Sequence record: NC_041973.1 | Direction: 5' to 3' (one strand) | Length of the DNA stretch: 64,000 nucleotides | Shown: one piece after another, positions 45,910 to 56,602 of the stretch | Numbering within the stretch: the stretch's first letter is position 1 | Layout: every line of letters begins with the position of its first letter | The notes under the pieces: generated by a model | Seen by the model: the letters and a program-made list of their open reading frames with translations, nothing else | Told to the model about the DNA's origin: nothing | Database searches by the model: none | Made by a program: the position numbers and the translations under genes

Positions 45910-47172
45910 ATGATCCTATCTAGCGGTCTGGAAGCGATTAGCTTTCAAAAGAATCCGCTCTTTTACAAACAGCTGGTTGTCGAATTCGGCCGTCTGATGG
46001 AACTTGCTAAAGCCAATGGTAAGAAGCGCTTGACCGAAGAGATGATGGCGCAGTCTAACCTGGCAAAAATCACCATGGCGAACACCGGCATCAAAGTCTC
46101 GCCTGGGGTGGATACCCGCATGCAGTGTAATGCGTACGTTATGATTCCGAGCATCAACTCCTATCACGTCTTCAATGACCGCATGCGTCAGATCTTCTCA
46201 GGGTATGCCGAATCGTTTGAGCAGTTTCGTAAAGCCAACGATGTGTTGATTGGGTTGGTTGATCTGCAGAACTCCAAAGTGGGCGGGGTCTTCTCGACTA
46301 TTGATCACCGCATCTGTCTGTCGTACGATATGATGACCGACTATGACATGACCCCGGGTGAAGTCGCAGCCATTTACATGCATGAAGTCGGCCATGCCTT
46401 TACCTTCCTGGAGATGCTGCATTATACCGCTACCACCAACCTGGTGCTGACCGCTGGCATTGAAGCGATCATCAAATCAGAAACTTCTCGTAAGCATGTC
46501 ATCTTAAGTGATATCGAAAACTCCTTAGGGATTAAGATTGATAATAAAGATGAACTGGTCGCTTACGACAAGTATGAAGATTATGCTGTCACGATCCTGT
46601 CGAAGTACAATCGCACCTTAGCTGCGGCCCTGGGTTCACCGGCACACGATGAATCGATGTCTGAGCAGATGGCAGATATGTTTGCCACCCGACATGGCGC
46701 GGGATTGGATCTGGCGCGGGGATTGTCCCGTATTCACAAATATTACAATTCACCGAAGTTTAAGTTTGCCCGCTATCTGGAGATCTTTGTCGGCATCCTG
46801 CAGACCATGGGCTTGTCCCTGGTGTTCGATGTGTTGGGAGTAATCGTTGTCCTGACTGTCGGTAACTTCTTTGGTGGGACGTATGACCGGGCGAAAGACC
46901 GTTTCATCCGCATGCGTAACGAAATCGTGGTCGGCCTGAAAGATGAAGAGATCAGTGCAGCTGACCGCAAACTCTTGATCAGTCATATCGCCGAGCTGGA
47001 CAAGATCATTGCCCAGGCCAAAAACGAAAGCTCCTTTGTCGAGCAGTTGTCTCTGGTGGTGCGCGCCAGCCAGCGTGAGCGTTATGCCAGCAAGTACCTG
47101 CAAAAGGATCTTGAAGCCCTTCTTAATAATCCGCTCTATGTCAGTGCGGCCAAACTGAAAACATTGCAATAA
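45910..47172 (+). CDS. virion head protein with HExxH zincin motif and hydrophobic segment
   Basis: GGAG SD precedes ATG 45910. N-terminal SGLE|A site, MHEVGH...EQMADMFA, and hydrophobic LSLVFDVLGVIVVLTVG. Confidence 0.65.
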   Translation: MILSSGLEAISFQKNPLFYKQLVVEFGRLMELAKANGKKRLTEEMMAQSNLAKITMANTGIKVSPGVDTRMQCNAYVMIPSINSYHVFNDRMRQIFSGYAESFEQFRKANDVLIGLVDLQNSKVGGVFSTIDHRICLSYDMMTDYDMTPGEVAAIYMHEVGHAFTFLEMLHYTATTNLVLTAGIEAIIKSETSRKHVILSDIENSLGIKIDNKDELVAYDKYEDYAVTILSKYNRTLAAALGSPAHDESMSEQMADMFATRHGAGLDLARGLSRIHKYYNSPKFKFARYLEIFVGILQTMGLSLVFDVLGVIVVLTVGNFFGGTYDRAKDRFIRMRNEIVVGLKDEEISAADRKLLISHIAELDKIIAQAKNESSFVEQLSLVVRASQRERYASKYLQKDLEALLNNPLYVSAAKLKTLQ

Positions 47173-47185
47173 GGATTCATCAGAA

Positions 47186-47692
47186 ATGATTATTGACGTA
47201 GCAGAATTAAAGAAACAGATCGTGTCGGTGCGTTCTATTGCAGAGATCCCAACTACCCTGCGTACTAAACTGATTGAAACCGGTCTGGCCCGTGCGGTAG
47301 CTTATGGTGTTGATCTGCCAAAAGAGCTGGTCGGCAACCCGGTCTCCTATTTCGCCAGCAACGCCACTGATGCTAAGCAGGCACTGGCGGTGATCAACGA
47401 AACCAACGTGATCAACATCTCCCGTATCCTGTCACTCGCCACCATCATCTGGCAGGCACGCTACAACATGGTTTATCTGCCCGCCACTCGCGAGTCCATG
47501 GAGTTGACCCATCAGGTATTGTCCGATCAACGCGAATGGTTGTTCGATGCAGAGCAGCAGGATTTCCTGTCGGCGACCATTGGCGACGGTACGGTGCAAG
47601 ACAGCCTGAAGCTGGCTCTGTTAACCTTCACCTGCCCGGCTGTGATCAACCCTAACCAGGTAGCACCAGTCACCACCGCTGACGAGGAGTAA
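47186..47692 (+). CDS. probable virion protein
   Basis: AAGGA SD, within the head-protein operon. Confidence 0.65.
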   Translation: MIIDVAELKKQIVSVRSIAEIPTTLRTKLIETGLARAVAYGVDLPKELVGNPVSYFASNATDAKQALAVINETNVINISRILSLATIIWQARYNMVYLPATRESMELTHQVLSDQREWLFDAEQQDFLSATIGDGTVQDSLKLALLTFTCPAVINPNQVAPVTTADEE

Positions 47693-47694
47693 TC

Positions 47695-49161
47695 ATGTCT
47701 ATTGATCTGATCGCTTCCTTTATCGACGATTCGGGCAATGTCCCGATGACGGCGCTGACCGTGGTAAAGAAAGAGAACGACGAAGCCAACGCACAACTGC
47801 CGAAACAGGTAGCGATGCTGAAAGCCTCTAACGAACGTATCGTTGAACTTCAGTCTGTGATCGAGCGCGTACGTCGTGAAGGCATGAGCCGTGAAGTTGC
47901 CGCGATTGTTGCCTCGATTGCACCCGAAGCGCTGCCGGTTGGCTACGGTGCTGAAGGTTTCACTGAGCAACCCTCAAAGCTCGGGATGGCCGCTGGTCTG
48001 GAATCGATCACCGCCTATGTGATTGATGGCATCAAACGTCTGATCGCATTCCTGATTGATAAGGCCAAGAAAGCCGCTGCCTTTATTGTGGATCAGTATC
48101 GTCGTCTGACGGGCATTGCTCCCACTGCGTACAAGATCGATCGTCGTGCTGCTTATCTTACGGCGATGTCTGCCCGGTTTGCTCAGCACTTCGGTACGGA
48201 TCTGGCGACCCTGTTAGAGCAGGATATCAATGCCGGCTTTACCAGTATCGAAAGTACCCGTATGGTATTAAGCGGAATGTTTGCTGATGCGGAAGTGCTG
48301 CAGGCGGATCTGTCTAAATATGGCAAGCACATCAATGTCATGTCCAAACAGATCGAAGCGTTACTGGCAGATGCGCCAGCACGTGTGGTGCGGGTCAATG
48401 CGATTGTTAATGATGTCACGGTATCGCGCAATGGCAGCAACGATCGCAGTGCAGAGATCCTGCGTCTGATCGACACCCGTAACCTCGATGCCGTGGTTAG
48501 TACGTTGCGCAGCGTCAGTAAGTTACTGGTCAGCAGCCCGATGTACAAATCCACTGGCGCCGGTAAAGACGGCAAAATCAAACAGACTATCCTTGAGCAG
48601 TTAAACAGCGATGGTTTCCGTGAGATGATGTCCGGTCTTTCCATGGCTGCTAATGCTGGCATGACCCACACCATGGACATGACGGATGCCTCGGCGATCA
48701 TTCGCTCACGTAATCTGGCTGAGGCTGTTAAAGAGCTCACCAATTACGAAGAAGTGAAGAAGCGTTCACTGGATGACCTCAAGTCTGCTACTGGTTCGAT
48801 CAACAGCAACAAATATGTGCAGGCCGCTGAACAGTCACCGGGTGATGACCCGACCATGGCAGCTGTGGTGCAGTTTAACCAATACTGGGATGATGTCACG
48901 ACCGCCGTAAAAGTGGCACAGGACATCACCACCGCCTACGCGGAGACAGTATTCAAACTGCAGCTGTTCTCGGTGCGTTGTCAGGATCTGGCGCTGGTAC
49001 AGTGGTCCGCTAACCCAGCCAATGCCGGCCTGGCAGAAGCCAATGCCGCGACTGAACGTCTGCAGGCGGTGGTCAAGCAGTATCTGGATAAGGTCGTGAA
49101 GAACACCACGGGCTTGAAAGGTGCGCTGGATGACCTCGGCAAACTGGTCAATCAACTGTAA
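47695..49161 (+). CDS. probable internal head protein
   Basis: GAGGAG SD; YGAE|G and AGLE|S sites precede the helical body. Confidence 0.65.
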   Translation: MSIDLIASFIDDSGNVPMTALTVVKKENDEANAQLPKQVAMLKASNERIVELQSVIERVRREGMSREVAAIVASIAPEALPVGYGAEGFTEQPSKLGMAAGLESITAYVIDGIKRLIAFLIDKAKKAAAFIVDQYRRLTGIAPTAYKIDRRAAYLTAMSARFAQHFGTDLATLLEQDINAGFTSIESTRMVLSGMFADAEVLQADLSKYGKHINVMSKQIEALLADAPARVVRVNAIVNDVTVSRNGSNDRSAEILRLIDTRNLDAVVSTLRSVSKLLVSSPMYKSTGAGKDGKIKQTILEQLNSDGFREMMSGLSMAANAGMTHTMDMTDASAIIRSRNLAEAVKELTNYEEVKKRSLDDLKSATGSINSNKYVQAAEQSPGDDPTMAAVVQFNQYWDDVTTAVKVAQDITTAYAETVFKLQLFSVRCQDLALVQWSANPANAGLAEANAATERLQAVVKQYLDKVVKNTTGLKGALDDLGKLVNQL

Positions 49162-49170
49162 GGAAATCGC

Positions 49171-50427
49171 ATGGAATCCACATTACTTCAAACGATCAAT
49201 GAAACCACGGAGTTGTGTGACTCTTTGATTTCGTTGTCACAACGTCTTGAGATGTTGGGTCCCATTGCTGCTGAATCCGTTAACTTCGCAAAGATCCATG
49301 AATCGATTAACCTGAAGGTGGCGAAGATTGCCGCTTCGATGGAGTCGATTGAAGCTAACGGCATCAACCAGGAGGCGGTGTTAGAAATCAATACTGCCAT
49401 GCCTGGTATCATTCCCAACACCATCCCTCTTAATGGATACACCAAAGCCCGCAGTCAGATGAATGTGGGGTTTGCCTTAGAGTCGTTGGAGTCAGGTAAA
49501 GCAGCAATGATCTCCGGTTCAGTAACAGGGATCGTGGCCGTGATCGTCAAACTGTTTCGTTGGGTTGTCATGACCATCAAGCAGTATGTCAAATCACGCC
49601 GTGATGCGAACCGTCTCGGTGTCTCTGTGACACAAGCACTGCAACGTGCGGGAACGATCAACGAATACCTGTTAGAACAGTTGGCAAAAACCCCAGAAGC
49701 CAAAGCCGCCCGTCCGGGCTTTGAATGGTTGGTATCGATCTGGCGTCCGCAGGCTGGGATCTTTAAGTTCAATGAAGATGCACTGGTGCAGTGGTGGCCA
49801 GAACTCGTCAATGAACTGGAGTACGAATACAACCAGATCAGCAAGGCGTTTGACATGCTGCGTAGCGGTGGGTCGTTTGTCCCGAACATTGCGAAAGCGC
49901 ATCAGTCCCCCTCCATGAAGCGTTTCTTTGAAGCCTTACCGCAAGGGACGGATCGTCAAGGGAACATCGTTGAGGTAGAGCTGGCGAAGAAGCAGTTTCA
50001 GGAGAACCCACAGCGTGCGTTGTTCCAGCTGGCTGAGCGTCTGCGCTACATGATCATGCGCGAGCCTAAATCAAAAGGTACTGACTTTGGGCAAGAGCTG
50101 ATTTCAGTAGGTCGCAGTATTGAAGCCTACACCAATGTGGATCGTCTGGTGTTTGATCAGCTGAATACCTACGATACCAACAATCGATTAGGGAAACTGG
50201 AAGAGGCGTTTGGTGCGTTGTATAAGCAAGTACAAGCCACACGCTACACTGCAGACAAAGCCCTGGTTGATGAGTTCGTGGGTTACCTGAACCGTTATTC
50301 AGAAAAGCTTAACTGTTTCGTGCAACTGATCACCATTGTGAGTTACCTGGATAGCTGTAGTTTCCAGATCCTTGACAATGTCTCCAAAGCCACCATGAAG
50401 TACGTTGATATTGCTGCCAGTAATTAA
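49171..50427 (+). CDS. probable internal head protein (paralog-like to 47695..49161)
   Basis: ASME|S and ALE|SLE|S sites. Shares G(Y/F)T...S..(L/M)....GLES with the upstream gene. Confidence 0.65.
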   Translation: MESTLLQTINETTELCDSLISLSQRLEMLGPIAAESVNFAKIHESINLKVAKIAASMESIEANGINQEAVLEINTAMPGIIPNTIPLNGYTKARSQMNVGFALESLESGKAAMISGSVTGIVAVIVKLFRWVVMTIKQYVKSRRDANRLGVSVTQALQRAGTINEYLLEQLAKTPEAKAARPGFEWLVSIWRPQAGIFKFNEDALVQWWPELVNELEYEYNQISKAFDMLRSGGSFVPNIAKAHQSPSMKRFFEALPQGTDRQGNIVEVELAKKQFQENPQRALFQLAERLRYMIMREPKSKGTDFGQELISVGRSIEAYTNVDRLVFDQLNTYDTNNRLGKLEEAFGALYKQVQATRYTADKALVDEFVGYLNRYSEKLNCFVQLITIVSYLDSCSFQILDNVSKATMKYVDIAASN

Positions 50428-50429
50428 AT

Positions 50430-50481
50430 CGGCATAAAGGCCTGGCCTTCCTTGCGGAGGGCCAGAGCCTTGCTTATGCCG
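50430..50481. terminator. bidirectional terminator CGGCATAA-hairpin-TTATGCCG
   Basis: Perfect flanking octamers. The right octamer overlaps the TAA stop of 50474..53431. Confidence 0.85.
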
Positions 50482-53431
50482 TTAAGCTTGACTTCGCTGA
50501 GGTATGTTTCAGGAAGGTAATGGAGATGTCTTCTTTCACCGTTAAGGTTTCATCCGACGCCACATCTACCCGTTTCTTGATGGCACACCGCATGGTGTCA
50601 TCTAATGCGGTCATGACTTTGATGTCACCGTTCACCCCGAGTGCTTTAAACTCGATGTCAACCACATCAGACGTTCGATACGGTTTCAGCGCATCAACCA
50701 GATCTGTTAGACCAAAGGTCGCCCGGGCAATCACAGCAGCAACCGCTGGACTCACTTTCGCTGACAGGTTGTCACGCAACGAGGTGTTCTTGTAACCGTT
50801 GTCGGTCATGTAGAAGGTTACGTCAAAACCAATCGCGGCGGAGATCTGACGAGACTCTCGTGCATTGGCAATCACATCGATCAAGCCCAGGGTTTGTTTC
50901 GGTCGTAACGACACCGTGGTCTTCTCAAGCAACTGCCGCTTCACCGTAACCATATCTTGCGTCACCCAGTCAACCAGATCAGAGATCACATCAGTGATGT
51001 ATGTCTTATCCAGCGGGTTACCGGTAAAGTAGTAGACACCATCCAGACCCACCACATCGATCTCACGCACCACCACACGTTCATTAAGCGGGATAGGGTT
51101 ACCTTGCTCATCCGACTTAATGTCACCCACCCGATAACGATAGATGATGTTGTTATCAGCGTCATACATGATGTCGCCTTTGGCGTGCAGGATGATCGGT
51201 TGGTTGTTGCTGTCAAACACCAATTGGTTAGTGACCGCATCACGCTGATACACTGTCTCTGCATAGCGCCATGGTACATCGACATCATACTTCTGATACT
51301 CGATGTCAGACACCACTGAACGTGACCGCTGATACAGATAGGTCAGGGCTTTGCCCATCACCACATCGTAGGACTGCTCCGTCACCACCACGAACTGCTG
51401 ATCCAGGTAGAAACTCCCCAGCTTCTTATCACTGTCGCTGTACACCACATCGTTCGGTGATTTGGCCACCGCAATACAGTTCAGCAGGATGAAGTTCTTT
51501 TCCAGTACCGAGCGCAACTTAGACGGTGCATTACCAAACTGACCAAAGGAGGTCAGGATGATCTCGTCCTCGTTGGTGATGTCGAGATTACTGTCAATGT
51601 CAAACTGCCAGACACGTTCGCGGGTTGCTGTCCGACCGATCATCACGCCATTGAGGTAGCCGTAGTTGCTTTCCCCTTCTGGCATGAACAGTAACTGACA
51701 CGCCACATCGCTGTCTGCCAGGTCTTTGTAGTAATCACCTGAACTCGTCACCACGGTTGCTCTAAAGCCATTGGTGGTTTTGGTAAAGGTAAAACTGTCC
51801 GCCACAAGTTCAACACCGATGGAGTTGTTCTCATAGCTGAATACCCGACCTGCTACAGAAGGACGATCCAGATCATAGACCCGAGTGGTAAACGCATCGT
51901 TATTCGCATCCAACACCATGTAGAAAGGTGAGAACATGAACACGTTGTTGTTGACCGTCAAGGCACGACTGTCTAATCCCGCACCGTTGATCGTAGCCAG
52001 CTCCGCATCGGATACCATGTTGTAGATGCCGTTGACCAGCCGGTATAAGGCGGTCGGGGTGATGGTGATGCGATTGCCGTTGTCACGCACTGCGGTATTA
52101 CTGACCAACTGCAACATCGATGACTGCAGGGTAATGATCCCGGTACCGGCCGGCGTGTTGATACCAGACTTGTTGGTCTGCGGATTCAGTGACCGTGTCG
52201 CATGGTAAATACGTTGCGTCACTGTGTCTTCTGATTTCAATGCCCCGTAGCCTAAATCGACCAGGGTTTGTGAGACCTGCGCTTCAGTAATCGGTAAGAC
52301 CGTTTTATTGGCCGAATAGATCACCGCTTCCCGCAACGCTTCAACACTGAGACCGTTCACCCCACCGCTGACACCGCTGCTGATCGACATGGTCTTTTCA
52401 TTAAAGACGGTCAATGGGGTAGAGTACTTATCCAACACCCGATCTTCGTAATTGAAGTCACGGTAGACCGCACTGATTGAAGAAGACTGCAGCGCCAGCG
52501 TTTCGATAACCAGGTTACCTTTACTGGTGTAGACATCCGCCCGCACCTGACGACCCACTGCCAGATTGTTGGAGATGTAGATTTCCGGTAGCACAACCTT
52601 CACTGAGTCTTCTAACACCTGGGCGACGAAGGTCAGCTTGGTGTTGTCATAGACCAGGTCATCATGGGTGACGTACGCCTCTTCCCACTCATCGGTCACA
52701 TTCGCCCGCGTAAAGACGCGCAGGTAATAGAACTGATCACCTTTTAATGGATAGGTATTGCGATACCCACTCATGCTGGTAATCTGACCGTAATAAGGCT
52801 GGGCTTTGAACTGACGTAAAGGTACCGTGATGTAGAGCAGTTCAACCCCGTTGAAGATCGCAGTGCGCCAGGTTAACTGGTTGGTTTCAACCGTCAGTAA
52901 CGGGCTGGGTTGCGACACATCGTACACCACCACAAAGCCGCCATGTTTCATCACCCGGATTTCAATCGGATACTCCAGACTGAAGGTGACATCCATCACC
53001 GTGATTTCCGTGTTGCGCGGAATCACCATCTTCGAGTAGATGCTGTCGATGTCATCGCTACCACTGCTGTCGAGTTGCACCGCTCGTGCCCGAATCTCAT
53101 CGGCATTGAAAATGAAGTTGGTGGTGATACGTGACGGAGTACAGAAACGGTTCTTGTAATCCTCATCACTCATGTTGCGATACAGATCTTCATACGTCCG
53201 CGCCATCTTCGGGTAGTACGCCGTATAAAGGTCTTCATGGTTTTGCATCACCGCTGAACCGGTCAGGGCAACCAGCTCAAAAGCAAACATCGCAGGGTTG
53301 GTGGCATTCATGATATCAATCGTGCCGTCCATGTTTTGGTCTAACAGATCGAGTGTGTAGTCCATCATCAACGATGGATCATTACGCAGGTCGATCATTT
53401 TCTGTTTACGTACGTCGATGCTGTCGCTCAT
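50474..53431 (-). CDS. large baseplate wedge-like protein (phiKZ gp87-like; T4 gp6/P2 gpJ-type)
   Basis: 985 aa, beta-rich. GGVNGLSVEALREAV and PITEAQ resemble the gpJ/gp6 GG...ES.E.LR..RAVT pattern. Synteny. Confidence 0.6.
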   Translation of the reverse strand: MSDSIDVRKQKMIDLRNDPSLMMDYTLDLLDQNMDGTIDIMNATNPAMFAFELVALTGSAVMQNHEDLYTAYYPKMARTYEDLYRNMSDEDYKNRFCTPSRITTNFIFNADEIRARAVQLDSSGSDDIDSIYSKMVIPRNTEITVMDVTFSLEYPIEIRVMKHGGFVVVYDVSQPSPLLTVETNQLTWRTAIFNGVELLYITVPLRQFKAQPYYGQITSMSGYRNTYPLKGDQFYYLRVFTRANVTDEWEEAYVTHDDLVYDNTKLTFVAQVLEDSVKVVLPEIYISNNLAVGRQVRADVYTSKGNLVIETLALQSSSISAVYRDFNYEDRVLDKYSTPLTVFNEKTMSISSGVSGGVNGLSVEALREAVIYSANKTVLPITEAQVSQTLVDLGYGALKSEDTVTQRIYHATRSLNPQTNKSGINTPAGTGIITLQSSMLQLVSNTAVRDNGNRITITPTALYRLVNGIYNMVSDAELATINGAGLDSRALTVNNNVFMFSPFYMVLDANNDAFTTRVYDLDRPSVAGRVFSYENNSIGVELVADSFTFTKTTNGFRATVVTSSGDYYKDLADSDVACQLLFMPEGESNYGYLNGVMIGRTATRERVWQFDIDSNLDITNEDEIILTSFGQFGNAPSKLRSVLEKNFILLNCIAVAKSPNDVVYSDSDKKLGSFYLDQQFVVVTEQSYDVVMGKALTYLYQRSRSVVSDIEYQKYDVDVPWRYAETVYQRDAVTNQLVFDSNNQPIILHAKGDIMYDADNNIIYRYRVGDIKSDEQGNPIPLNERVVVREIDVVGLDGVYYFTGNPLDKTYITDVISDLVDWVTQDMVTVKRQLLEKTTVSLRPKQTLGLIDVIANARESRQISAAIGFDVTFYMTDNGYKNTSLRDNLSAKVSPAVAAVIARATFGLTDLVDALKPYRTSDVVDIEFKALGVNGDIKVMTALDDTMRCAIKKRVDVASDETLTVKEDISITFLKHTSAKSSLTA

Positions 53432-53440
53432 CGTAGCCTC

Positions 53441-54466
53441 TTATTTTTGATCCTTCGGAACCCACCACTGGAATTCGTTCGTCATCACGTCGATATAAGG
53501 ATAACCAATAAAGTTGTAGCGCTGCATTTCACCCGGGGAGATTTTGCGGAAGAACGTGTTACGGTTTGCGGCTTTCATCTGCGGGTTAAATAACTCGACA
53601 CAACTGTTGAAATCCAGGATCAGGGATTGCGTGTTATAGCGCCAGCCCACACACTGCCAGTTACAACTGATTTGGTTATTGTTCTTGATCAGTGGGGTGT
53701 CTTTGGTGGTGCCAAAGTCAAACGCATTACCAATCGGGTTGGTGGTACAGATTGCTGCGTAGGGTGCACCGATCTTCGTCACATAGCGTGAAGTCTGATC
53801 CAGGATGATGCGATAGAAGCGCATGGTGTAATCAATATAGTTGTTAACAATGGCGTCCCAATAGGGAACCATGTCGCCAAGGTATACCGATGAGCTGTAC
53901 GTTTGCAGCAGATCCAGAATCATGGTGATCGGGTCACCTGAGATGTTGGTGTGCGTTGATGTCACCTGATAGGCTTCATTAAACTCCGATTGCCCATCGA
54001 CCATCGACCAGGTTTCTTTACGTGAGCCTGGTGGTGCAGTAAAGGTATCGATCACGATATCGGGAAAACCGGTCATCGATTCCAGGGTGTTTGATAAAAT
54101 GGACACGAAGGCCTGTTGGTTATCAAACAGTCTGGAGTAGCTTTTTCGATCAATTGTGCCGGTCGCATCAAACATCGAACGGATCGCACCAGGGATCGTA
54201 TCGGCGTTGTTTGAAGCAAGCGAAAGCAGCTTTTCTTGTCGATTCAGATTATCGTATGACAGGTTAAGGATTGGGCGTGTGAAAAAGGTATACCCCATGA
54301 CGTCTTTGTTGATGGGTAGAAAGGCGCTACGGTTACTGAATTTGTTCAAACCCCAATAGTTATGCGCAAGCGATGAGGTTACACTACCATACCCGGACTC
54401 CCTTGCAGCCGAGTCAATACTCTCGGTCCACAACCCAGGATTGTAGTCGTCATTGTCATTGGCCAT
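53441..54466 (-). CDS. tail tube/hub-like virion protein (phiKZ gp88-like)
   Basis: Synteny, GAGG SD and a beta-rich composition. Confidence 0.5.
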   Translation of the reverse strand: MANDNDDYNPGLWTESIDSAARESGYGSVTSSLAHNYWGLNKFSNRSAFLPINKDVMGYTFFTRPILNLSYDNLNRQEKLLSLASNNADTIPGAIRSMFDATGTIDRKSYSRLFDNQQAFVSILSNTLESMTGFPDIVIDTFTAPPGSRKETWSMVDGQSEFNEAYQVTSTHTNISGDPITMILDLLQTYSSSVYLGDMVPYWDAIVNNYIDYTMRFYRIILDQTSRYVTKIGAPYAAICTTNPIGNAFDFGTTKDTPLIKNNNQISCNWQCVGWRYNTQSLILDFNSCVELFNPQMKAANRNTFFRKISPGEMQRYNFIGYPYIDVMTNEFQWWVPKDQK

Positions 54467-54519
54467 TACTCATCACCTCTTTGAAATAGAATATCCGTTG
54501 AATCCATAGGAGTACTTTT

Positions 54520-55686
54520 ATGTTACCATTAGTTACGGGGGCGATTACACTGGCCAGTTCGCTTGCGCTTGTCGCCGAACGTATTCTGGCAGCCAAGAAA
54601 GCTGCTGGTGAAGTCGCTGGTACTGTTGACAATACGTTGGCCACGTTAGGCCAGATGGGCACACGTGATTTGGTAACCTTTACCAAAGTGACCCGCATGG
54701 AACCTCTGGTGTTGTTAGATGATCGTTTGAAGTTTGATCCTTCGACCCCTGAGATCCTGCAAGTACTGACCAGTTTGATTGCCGGCTACTATACCCAGGC
54801 GTTTGCCCTGCTGGGCCAGGTCGACGGTATTGACGTCATTGGCACCCTGGATAAGCTGAACCCGTCACGTACTGGTATTGGCCTGAACAACTTTGAAGGT
54901 GATCTTGAGAAAGACGGCCTCCATAAATTTAGTAACCAGTCAAATACCCCTCTCTATAGTATCGGGCTGGAAGCACTGACTGAAGTGCAGAGCGCTGAGA
55001 ACAAGCCGGTTAAAATCCAGACCGATAAAAATGTCGTGGCTGATATTTCGGCACCGACTAACCTGGCGCTGGGTAAGATGATCAAGGTGACCTTGTCAGC
55101 TAATGGCAACACCATTGAGATCCCAATCACCATCCGTGTGAAACCTGTCACCACCGGTAGCGATGCCGTCACGGCGATTCTGGCTATTGGTACCACGAAG
55201 AACACTGTGGCTGAGCGCTGGAACCGTTTCAAAGCTGGTGAGCTGACCTTCACTAACCTGGCCACTGGCGATGACGTGATTCGTCAACACAAGAAGATCC
55301 TGGTGCAGGATACCTCGGGCTTCTATGCCGAGATCACCCGTCGTGCCCGTGGTAATGCGAAGAAAGGCGCCCTGTCCGGTAACCTGTCGCTGGCTACGGA
55401 TTCTAACGTGGTAATGATCTCTTCAGCCACGGCGCTGGATGTGGGTCGCGAGCTCGGCGGTGAACTGTCCAACTTCCGTATCCGTGAAGCGATGTTCGCC
55501 AAGGTGTACTCTAACATGCTGATCATCGTGGATGACCTGCGTGGCATGGTCTCCTTCTACTACCGCGGTGAGTCATTACCAAACGTGCTGTCGCTGCAGG
55601 ATATCAAACTGTATAACAAAGGCAGCGGTCCAGACATCATGTCGATCTTCAGTGCGTTTGCTGAAAACAAAATCCCTTCCCTTTAA
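54520..55686 (+). CDS. internal head protein (phiKZ gp89-like)
   Basis: AGGAG SD, IGLE|A site, TRMEPLVLLD motif and synteny. Confidence 0.6.
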   Translation: MLPLVTGAITLASSLALVAERILAAKKAAGEVAGTVDNTLATLGQMGTRDLVTFTKVTRMEPLVLLDDRLKFDPSTPEILQVLTSLIAGYYTQAFALLGQVDGIDVIGTLDKLNPSRTGIGLNNFEGDLEKDGLHKFSNQSNTPLYSIGLEALTEVQSAENKPVKIQTDKNVVADISAPTNLALGKMIKVTLSANGNTIEIPITIRVKPVTTGSDAVTAILAIGTTKNTVAERWNRFKAGELTFTNLATGDDVIRQHKKILVQDTSGFYAEITRRARGNAKKGALSGNLSLATDSNVVMISSATALDVGRELGGELSNFRIREAMFAKVYSNMLIIVDDLRGMVSFYYRGESLPNVLSLQDIKLYNKGSGPDIMSIFSAFAENKIPSL

Positions 55687-55698
55687 GGATCTCGTTCG

Positions 55699-56592
55699 AT
55701 GAACATTTTTAACTACGTCAAAGGCCTGATTGGTACGGTTGACAAACGCGATGTCCTAAGCGAGATCGATGCCCTGCGTGATGAGCTCACCCGGTTCACC
55801 ATTAACAACTATGCGAAAGCCATGGATGTTAATGTCAACACCGACGGCAGTAATTACTACGTAAAACAGATCAGCCGTGAATTCGCGAAAGTGAAACAGG
55901 TTGAAGGTTTACGTGGTCAGAACCTGATCGCTCAAACGTACATCTCCTTAAAGCAGCTGACCCTGACCCTGGAGTGGATGCGCAAACAGGTTGAGCGTGA
56001 GTACGGCGGTCGTATTGCCCGTGAAGCCGTTGACTTTAAACAAGCCAACTTCCTGCGCTATATCGACTCGATCGACTTCTACCTGCGTTACGCTCGCTCC
56101 ATGCTGCTCGTGGTGACGTCCCTGAATGCTAACCCATCAGCGGATATCACTAAAGGCTTCACGGTGCATGAGATCCGTTTCCTGACCGATACTGCTGTGC
56201 ACTTCATCTACCTGACCTCGCTGTTCTCACAGCCGGTGAGTGTGACTGAGAAAGTGTTCGATGCGGTGCCATCGGTTGTGGTCTCCGATGCGGATCAGCA
56301 AGCGATCGAAGCAGTACTGGGTAACAAGACTGATGTGGCGAGGTCTAACTTCATCCCATTGGGTTACAACCCGTTCTTCCTGATTGGTCGTCTGCGTGCT
56401 GAACGTCGTGTGAAACGCCTGCGGGCAGCTGAAGCGGCAGCCATTGCCACTGAGCTGACCTTGAGCAAGCTCATGGACAAACAAGCAGGCGGGTCAGAAG
56501 ACCCCACCATTCAGAAACAAATTGATCATTATCAGAATCAGTTGAACCGACTGAACTTTGAGATCGATCAGATCAAATCCGAAGTCGAGTAA
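55699..56592 (+). CDS. internal head protein (phiKZ gp90-like)
   Basis: Synteny and a coiled-coil C-terminus. Confidence 0.55.
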   Translation: MNIFNYVKGLIGTVDKRDVLSEIDALRDELTRFTINNYAKAMDVNVNTDGSNYYVKQISREFAKVKQVEGLRGQNLIAQTYISLKQLTLTLEWMRKQVEREYGGRIAREAVDFKQANFLRYIDSIDFYLRYARSMLLVVTSLNANPSADITKGFTVHEIRFLTDTAVHFIYLTSLFSQPVSVTEKVFDAVPSVVVSDADQQAIEAVLGNKTDVARSNFIPLGYNPFFLIGRLRAERRVKRLRAAEAAAIATELTLSKLMDKQAGGSEDPTIQKQIDHYQNQLNRLNFEIDQIKSEVE

Positions 56593-56602
56593 GGAGTCCG
56601 TC

